This document shows, in pieces, positions 24,542-30,692 of a stretch of 30,692 nt of DNA (position 1 is its first letter; each line of letters starts with the position of its first letter). The notes beneath the pieces were generated by a model. The model was given only the letters and a program-made list of their open reading frames with translations. It had not been told where the DNA came from and made no database searches. This DNA is from a virus: positions 1-30,692 of the IMG/VR virus record IMGVR_UViG_3300023197_000086; one strand, given 5' to 3'. The position numbers were made by a program, and so were the translations under genes.

Positions 24542-24773
24542 CTACGAGTTCATCGACCTCCATCCGAACCCGGCCCAAAACGTCTGCGACGCCCGCTATG
24601 TGTTGCCAAACGGCCCCGGTCCTGGCGAGTTCCTGCGCATCTCGCTCGACGAGGACGGCGTCTACGTCGCCATCGAGGACAGAGACGGTGGCGAGGTCTG
24701 GGGATACGGCATTGAGGCTGGCCAGCTCCTCAACATCGCTGCTTCGTGGGAGCGGGCCAAGACAGGAGGCTAA
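24531..24773 (+). CDS. hypothetical protein
   Basis: overlaps the previous gene; codon bias. Confidence 0.7.
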   Translation: MPHDYEFIDLHPNPAQNVCDARYVLPNGPGPGEFLRISLDEDGVYVAIEDRDGGEVWGYGIEAGQLLNIAASWERAKTGG

Positions 24774-24774
24774 A

Positions 24775-24996
24775 TTGAACATCTCACTGTCCGCCAAGAA
24801 CGAACCCGACGCGGAGAAGATCCGTGCCCTGCATCAGAAGTGGGGCATGGGCAAAATATACGACCTCACGCGACACAAGCTCTGCTACGTCTACATCTAC
24901 GACATCACCCCGGATAAGCTCAACCTGATCGCCGAAGAGTTGGAGCAAATGGAGATGGAGGAGGTGAGGGTTGACACGACTGCAACAGGGGCTTGA
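24775..24996 (+). CDS. hypothetical protein
   Basis: GGAGG RBS before TTG 24775. Confidence 0.65.
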   Translation: MNISLSAKNEPDAEKIRALHQKWGMGKIYDLTRHKLCYVYIYDITPDKLNLIAEELEQMEMEEVRVDTTATGA

Positions 24997-25306
24997 GGCG
25001 ATCATCGAGCACTGCCAAGACCCCGACCCGGACACGATTCCGTTCTGTGAGCAAGAGGCAACCCAACTTCTCGAATACCTATCGGAAGAGAGGCAATCTA
25101 TGAAAAAGTATCGCGCAACTGCCATCGGCTGGTTGCCCGTTGAACTCTCCTTTGAATTCGATCTTGACGAAAGCGACGAGACCGAAGAGCCAGGGTATCA
25201 AGCCTTGGATCAGGCCGAAGATACTGACGGCGAGCAGTGGACTGTTACCGATTACGATGTTGAGTCCATTGAGGTCACCAATGTTGAGCCAGTCGAGGAG
25301 GGCTGA
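24971..25306 (+). CDS. acidic hypothetical protein
   Basis: GGAGGTGA RBS; an internal ATG at 25100 is also possible. Confidence 0.65.
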   Translation: MTRLQQGLEAIIEHCQDPDPDTIPFCEQEATQLLEYLSEERQSMKKYRATAIGWLPVELSFEFDLDESDETEEPGYQALDQAEDTDGEQWTVTDYDVESIEVTNVEPVEEG

Positions 25307-25540
25307 ATGGACTACCAATTTCTCCACATTTTTACAATTGGACACAGACCGGAATGGTCCGCCGAGACGGCCGAGAGCCTACGGGAGCGGATGAAAACCC
25401 CTGCTTACTCCCAATCGAATCAGGACATGGTCGAGGACTTCATCCAACACGCTGTTCCCGGCGATCACACCGTTCTGACCGATCATCTTAAAGACGGGTC
25501 CATGCATCAAGTGATCATCGTCCGTGGGAGGGATGACTAG
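25307..25540 (+). CDS. hypothetical protein
   Basis: abuts the previous gene, RBS present. Confidence 0.65.
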   Translation: MDYQFLHIFTIGHRPEWSAETAESLRERMKTPAYSQSNQDMVEDFIQHAVPGDHTVLTDHLKDGSMHQVIIVRGRDD

Positions 25541-25784
25541 AGTGGCACAAGAGACGACAACAACGCTCGAACTGAACGCCGAGGAAGCGGCGGCCGTCGG
25601 CACAGCGCTGTCCGTGCTCGCCGAAAACCAAAGATTGCTGGCCACGTTCGGGCCGGACGGCATCACCGCCATGCAATCCGTCCCCACGGTCGAGGGCGTG
25701 CTCGCCCGACTGGACGAGCAGGCGCCCGGCCTCGTTCCGGTGCCGAAGGACGGCGTGGCCTGGAAGGAGCGTGTTCAGTCGTGA
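25533..25784 (+). CDS. hypothetical protein
   Basis: GGGAGG RBS. Confidence 0.65.
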   Translation: MTRVAQETTTTLELNAEEAAAVGTALSVLAENQRLLATFGPDGITAMQSVPTVEGVLARLDEQAPGLVPVPKDGVAWKERVQS

Positions 25785-26233
25785 CCACGGCCGACCGGGT
25801 CGAGAAAGCCGATCGAGTCGAGAAGTTGAGGGAACAAAAGGAAACCCTTGAAGCCCTGCAAAGCGAGATCCAGTCCAACTTTCAGGACATCGTCTTCTGG
25901 CAGGACGAAGGGCTGCCAGAGGACGTAGACGATGCCGTCGGGCGCGTTAATGACGAGCTTAGCGGCCTCGAAGGCGAGATCACTGAAGCTCTCGGTGACA
26001 TTGAAGAGAAGATCGCCGAGGCGGAGGAGCCGAGCATCAACTGGGAGCCGGGGATGATTGTTCGAGACACAAACGCGATCAGCCTCGGAACCGGAAGCAT
26101 CTTGGCCGTTGACCACGAGCAAAAGACGATCTGGATCGGGGTCCACCGAACCGATAACCCTGAGGTCCTTTCATTCGACTTCGGATACGCTGAAAACCGT
26201 TTCGAGATCGTGCACAACCCCGGTGCGGAGTAG
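25781..26233 (+). CDS. acidic coiled-coil protein with small C-terminal beta domain
   Basis: AAGGAG RBS; heptad-like N-terminal half. Confidence 0.75.
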   Translation: MTTADRVEKADRVEKLREQKETLEALQSEIQSNFQDIVFWQDEGLPEDVDDAVGRVNDELSGLEGEITEALGDIEEKIAEAEEPSINWEPGMIVRDTNAISLGTGSILAVDHEQKTIWIGVHRTDNPEVLSFDFGYAENRFEIVHNPGAE

Positions 26234-26511
26234 GCTTTCGCTCCGACCCAACTTCTGATTGAATAGCGATTCCGACGCGACGGGGCGGCGTGGGACCGAC
26301 AACCGGCTGAACTGTTGACAAGCGTCAGTGGTGACAGCCGGGCGTCCACAGAAGACAGAGACCGGACCCAAAACCATCGAGCTGCTGCCACAGACGATCG
26401 AGCACACCCCACCGCAATCGTTGTGGCAAGCCACGCCGCCCGGTGTCGGCCCATTTCCAAATCGGTGTCCGACCAACACCCCTATCTAACAACGGAAGGA
26501 GTGAAGCAAGC

Positions 26512-27807
26512 ATGACCGACGTGCTCAATAAGCTTCAAGAGAACTTGGGCCTGGACAATGACGAGATGGCCCAGCTCGGCGAAAAGATCCTCACCGAGTA
26601 TGGGGAGAACGGTCACGCCGACAACGGCGACGGGAACGGAGCCAGTGTCGACGGGATCTCCATCGGCCCCGACACCGAGGAAAGCGAGAACGGCCACAAG
26701 CCGGAGCCGGTCACGCCCTCGGCAACGATCCCGGCCTCGGTCATCCGGGCCCATTCGGTCCACGACGGCTTGCATGAGCTGGTGGTCGAGGGCGACACCG
26801 CCCGCCTCATCACCGGCACGCTTGTCAGCTACCTCAAGACCTGCCAAGGCGAGGCCAACGTCGTTCTGCCCAACCTGGGCGAGTTCGTCAACGGTCACGA
26901 CGAGCCGGTCACGATCAACGTCCTCGGCGACGGGATCGTTTGTGCGCAGGGCGAGAATGAGCTGCACAGGCCGATGTCCTATGGCAGTGATCCGAATGAC
27001 CGCCCCGACCTCGCCATGCCGAGCCGGGCTGTGACCGTGCAAAACCCCAGCCTGATCGCCACCTATCTCCGGCAAGCCCGTGAGATGCTGCGCATACCGG
27101 ACGAAGAGGAGGACGACTCGGTGACGATGGCCGATCGGCCGCTCCTCTACGCCAGCGAGAACGGCTTGTGCATCGTCGGCACCGACGGCCACCAGCTGTT
27201 CCAGGGCACCGTGCCGATGGGCACAAGCGCCTTGACAAGCGACGTGGCGATCGCCGCTGACGCCGCCGACCGGATCGCCCCATTCCTCGACTGCATCGAC
27301 GGCGGGAGCACGACCCTGGCCTGTACCAAGCATGGCCTTTGGCTGCAACAGGGCGACTCCATCCTGAACATTCCGTCTGTCGAGCTGACCCACATGCCAC
27401 CATTGGAGAAGATCGAAGCGCTGGTGCCGGACAGCGATCATGTCGCCAGCCTCACTCGCCCGTCGGCTGTGCTCGACAGCGCCTTGCGCCAAACCCGCTA
27501 CGGACTGGCCGAAGACGCCCACGCCACCCCCTGCAACCTGACGATCGACAACGAGGGGGCTACCCTCCACGCTCGAAGCGAGGTCGGCCGTGCCGACATC
27601 TATCTCGGCCAAGGCAACTGTGCTGTGGATGGCGACCCGTTCACCATCCGGCCCTCGATCACCCGATTGCTCAACATCACCGCCCGGACGAGCGGCGCCC
27701 TCCACATCTACTGCTACGGCGACGCGAAGCCGATTGCGATCGAGACGGCCGATCCGAACGTCCGCTACGTCGTGATGCCGTTCGCCAACGACAAGAGCGA
27801 CAACTAG
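26512..27807 (+). CDS. dnaN: DNA polymerase III beta-clamp-like protein with acidic N-terminal extension
   Basis: LCIVGTDGHQL (cf. ATDGHRL) and C-terminal GDAKPIAI..RYVVMPF; AAGGAG RBS; highly divergent. Confidence 0.75.
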   Translation: MTDVLNKLQENLGLDNDEMAQLGEKILTEYGENGHADNGDGNGASVDGISIGPDTEESENGHKPEPVTPSATIPASVIRAHSVHDGLHELVVEGDTARLITGTLVSYLKTCQGEANVVLPNLGEFVNGHDEPVTINVLGDGIVCAQGENELHRPMSYGSDPNDRPDLAMPSRAVTVQNPSLIATYLRQAREMLRIPDEEEDDSVTMADRPLLYASENGLCIVGTDGHQLFQGTVPMGTSALTSDVAIAADAADRIAPFLDCIDGGSTTLACTKHGLWLQQGDSILNIPSVELTHMPPLEKIEALVPDSDHVASLTRPSAVLDSALRQTRYGLAEDAHATPCNLTIDNEGATLHARSEVGRADIYLGQGNCAVDGDPFTIRPSITRLLNITARTSGALHIYCYGDAKPIAIETADPNVRYVVMPFANDKSDN

Positions 27808-27856
27808 CCACCGCTGACAGCAATTTCCCTCCACGCACCGTTTGTTGGGTGTCAAC

Positions 27857-27901
27857 GAGACGGGGCCAGCCGGGACTGTCCCGCCCGGCGGCCCCGCTCT
27901 C
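27857..27901 (+). terminator. GC-rich hairpin after the clamp gene
   Basis: GAGACGGGGCC-AGCCGGG..CCCGGC-GGCCCCGCTCTC; no U-tract. Confidence 0.35.
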
Positions 27902-27928
27902 CCCTCTATCAAATAGCGAGGTGATGGA

Positions 27929-28444
27929 GTCAACTACCCGATGCCTAAAGGCATCGGGCTTGTAACTGCCCTCAAGCGGTCGCGCAGTTGCCAGAGTTGG
28001 CCTTTGCGACCTCGGGCGTTACTTCGGGGCGCGTTGACGAGCGCCCGTCCGCCGACGCCAAACTCGCTCGGCGGATTAGGTTGTGGCAGGCGTTGTAATC
28101 AGCGTTATTGGAGTGACCGCAATGCTCGCAAACGAAGCGATGGCCCTGACGAGTCCCGCGCTCTCCACATCGAGAGCAGTCCTGAGAGGGCGACTTTGTT
28201 GTAGCAACGGTGTTCGTGCGCGATGCCCGAAATGTAGTTGCACGCCTGACCGAACGTGCACATCGTCTTCTCGAAAGCGTGCTTCGCCTTCGAGTCTGGT
28301 GCCAGCTTGATCTTCAACGTCTTCTTCTGAACGGGCATCGCATCACCCAGTCTCTCATATAGGAGGTGTCAGTCAAGCTCTTACGAGCTTGCGGCTGCTT
28401 CCTCCCACCGCCTGAAGGCGGCGGGTCTCCGCAGCCGATTTTCT
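27929..28444 (-). mobile_element. non-autonomous IS200/IS605-family element (internally deleted tnpB, both ends retained)
   Basis: right end CAAGCCCGATGCCTTTAGGCATCGGGTAGTTGAC; left-end hairpin CCGCCTTCAGGCGG; no target duplication; inserted 3' of TCAT. Confidence 0.85.
27972..28338 (-). pseudogene. tnpB: tnpB remnant
   Basis: N-terminus KTLKIKL..FGQACNYIS joined out of frame near 28188 to C-terminus SQDCSRCG..FVCEHCGHSNNADYNACHNL. Confidence 0.88.
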
Positions 28445-29947
28445 ATGACAAAAGCAACCCCCCGCATGAAACGATCCCACCTCGAAGCCGAGGACCACCG
28501 GGAACAGATCGAAGACCTCTCCAACAGCCACAACCGGACGAAGGCTGCCGGGCTGCAACAGTGGTTTACCCCGCTGTCCCTGGCGAGCACGCTGGCCCGG
28601 ACGTTCCGCCGCACGCCGACGTGGGTCGCCGACCTGACCGCCGGCGGCGGCAACCTGCTCAAGCCGCTGACCCACGCCAAGCGTGTGGCGTTCGAGATCG
28701 ACCACCAATGGATCCAGCAGTTGGCGGAGGAGATCGACGCCTACACCGTCCACATGGGTGAGTTCTGGCCGTATCTACAGAAATCGGGCTTCCGGCCCGA
28801 GGCGGTCGTGCTCAACCCGCCTTACGGCGTGACGTGGAAGGGCACGCCCTGGGGCAACGTGGACGCTCAGATCGCCTGTCTGCACATGGCGTGCACTTGG
28901 CGCTGTCCCGGCTACGCGCTCATCTCCGACGCCATCTGGCCCCACCTACCGGACTCGATTGCCGAACGGATCACCGCCCACGCCACGCTGGACAACGTCT
29001 GGAGCGGCGCGGACGTGACCGTGCGACTGATCTGGTGGGATACGGTTGCGGCGCCGTCCACCAAGGATCTCGGCCACTTCGACTTCGCCGGCAACGGACT
29101 GGCCAAGCTGAACGATGCGATCAAGCGGAACTACGTCGAGACCCCGACCGGCCGACAGATCATCGACGCGGCCGACAACCGGAACCGGCTGCGCGCCGCG
29201 TATCGGCAGTACCGCCGGGACCGCGACCGGCCTCACGACGCGAGCGTCGAGGTCTTCGGATCGAACACGATCTCGGTCCACCCGACGCCTTATGAGAAGT
29301 ACGCCTTGCAGGACACGCTCGACGATGCCGACGCCCACAGCATCCTCAACCTGGGCAAGACAACGCAAGGGTATCTCATCATGAACCCGCGCGTCCGCAA
29401 GCTGCTGATGCGCGACGACGTGCGCAAGGTGCTCTCCATCTCCGACGACGCCCTGGCCGTCATCCGCGACGCGCAGAATCTGAACAACGCGGAGATCGCT
29501 CCCATCCGACCGCTGCCCGCCCAACAGCGGCTCGGCTTCCTGGAGAGTCTGGATGAGATCGGCTGCCACACGGACTGGCCCGAGTACGGCTTCCGCGCCG
29601 GGTTCAAATACCCGTTGCGCGTGCGCGTCCAGCCGAACGCCGACTCGTTCAAAAAGACCGTGCAGCGCAAAGGCGAGCCCACGGACGTGACTTTCGTCCG
29701 CGTCAGCAAGTCGCTCGAGATCACCATCACCAACCCGGACGACGACACCCACGCCATCTTGCACGAAACGCCTGACGACGTGGCCACGCTCGAACAGTAT
29801 TTCGACGTGCCCGAAGTCGCCGACATCGCCCAACTCGATCCGGGCTACGGACGGAACCTCGACAGCTTGGCCGAGGCCGGGCTGGTCTCGACCGAGCAAC
29901 TTAGCCGATTGAAGGGAGGCAACGATGGAGCCACTGGATCAACATGA
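28445..29947 (+). CDS. N6-adenine DNA methyltransferase-like protein with uncharacterised C-terminal region
   Basis: QQWFTP (motif X), VADLTAGGGNLL (motif I), AFEID, VVLNPPYG (motif IV). Confidence 0.8.
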   Translation: MTKATPRMKRSHLEAEDHREQIEDLSNSHNRTKAAGLQQWFTPLSLASTLARTFRRTPTWVADLTAGGGNLLKPLTHAKRVAFEIDHQWIQQLAEEIDAYTVHMGEFWPYLQKSGFRPEAVVLNPPYGVTWKGTPWGNVDAQIACLHMACTWRCPGYALISDAIWPHLPDSIAERITAHATLDNVWSGADVTVRLIWWDTVAAPSTKDLGHFDFAGNGLAKLNDAIKRNYVETPTGRQIIDAADNRNRLRAAYRQYRRDRDRPHDASVEVFGSNTISVHPTPYEKYALQDTLDDADAHSILNLGKTTQGYLIMNPRVRKLLMRDDVRKVLSISDDALAVIRDAQNLNNAEIAPIRPLPAQQRLGFLESLDEIGCHTDWPEYGFRAGFKYPLRVRVQPNADSFKKTVQRKGEPTDVTFVRVSKSLEITITNPDDDTHAILHETPDDVATLEQYFDVPEVADIAQLDPGYGRNLDSLAEAGLVSTEQLSRLKGGNDGATGST

Positions 29948-30692
29948 GTCCGACTCACAATACACGCAGCTGCGCCCTAGCTCACTAGCCGAGTTCACCG
30001 GTCAGGCGAACGCCAAGGAACAGCTGCGCACGCAGATCGAAGCCGCCCGCAAGCGGGGCGAGTCGCTGCGCCATATCCTGCTCGGCGGCCCGCCGGGCTT
30101 GGGCAAAACGTCGCTGGCCAGCATCGTCGCCGAGGAGACCGGGCGCGATTTCCACATCGCCAGCGGCCCCCACATCGCCAGCGCCACCGACCTGATGTGG
30201 ATGCCCTTCGCCCTCGAGGAGGGCGACATCGTCTTCATCGACGAGATCCACGCCGTCAAACGGAGCATGGCCGAAATCCTCCACGGCATCATGGAGGACT
30301 ACATCATCGAGTATAAGCGCAAGGAAAGCGGCATCGCCCACCAGGAACGCGAACAGCTGCCGCCGTTCACCATCATGGGCGCGACCACCGAGGTCGGCAG
30401 CCTGAGCAAGCCGCTGCGCGATCGCTTCGAAGTCCAGATCGACCTCGGCTTCTACAACGAGGACGAACTTGCAGCGATCGTGGAGCGCACCGCCCAGCTG
30501 CTCGGCAACCAACTGGACAGCGAGGCCGCCGCCGACCTCGCCCAACGCGCCCGTGGCGTGCCCCGCATCGCCAACCGGCTGACCAAGCTGGCCAGCGATC
30601 ACGCGCTAGCCGAACACAACAGCCGCGAGATCACGTCCGAGGTCGTAGCCGCCGCCATGCATCGCATCGGCGTCGACTCGATGGGGCTCGAC
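29925..30692 (+). CDS. ruvB: Holliday junction branch migration helicase RuvB (3' partial)
   Basis: LRPSSLAEFTGQ, HILLGGPPGLGKTSLA, VFIDEIH, LPPFTIMGATT, PLRDRF, RGVPRIANRL; GGAGG RBS. Confidence 0.95.
   Translation, partial: MEPLDQHESDSQYTQLRPSSLAEFTGQANAKEQLRTQIEAARKRGESLRHILLGGPPGLGKTSLASIVAEETGRDFHIASGPHIASATDLMWMPFALEEGDIVFIDEIHAVKRSMAEILHGIMEDYIIEYKRKESGIAHQEREQLPPFTIMGATTEVGSLSKPLRDRFEVQIDLGFYNEDELAAIVERTAQLLGNQLDSEAAADLAQRARGVPRIANRLTKLASDHALAEHNSREITSEVVAAAMHRIGVDSMGLD

Noticed and set aside
27929-27962. HEARO/IscB omega-RNA start
   Set aside because: The same motif is better explained as the right end of the minus-strand tnpB element; there is no iscB ORF

Overview
GC-rich segment that looks like a large bacteriophage or related mobile element. 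It has two divergent arms of short, tightly packed genes: minus strand from 1 to ~15.3 kb and plus strand from ~17.1 kb to the end, separated by a ~1.1 kb gap without convincing genes. All protein calls come from motif recognition by eye; no database search was run. Recognisable genes: CRP/FNR-like regulator, MazG-like pyrophosphatase, thermonuclease, papain-family protease, dNMP kinase, two sigma70 region-4 HTH proteins, DnaN-like clamp, adenine methyltransferase-like protein, RuvB (partial), three tRNAs and an internally deleted IS200/IS605 tnpB element. Top finding: at 12159-15265 a ParB-like gene, an array of 14 stem-loops and a Nop-domain (IS110/Tas-like) gene lie in series. Each stem-loop holds two variable 8-9 nt segments framed by AA...RUC. 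This looks like a divergent, nuclease-less stem-loop TIGR-Tas RNA-guided system coupled to ParB. Second finding: two paralogous ncRNAs at 4365-4745 share a covarying terminal stem and each encloses a tRNA-like module, one of them circularly permuted (Y-RNA/YrlA-like). They sit directly downstream of a possible ubiquitin-like gene.
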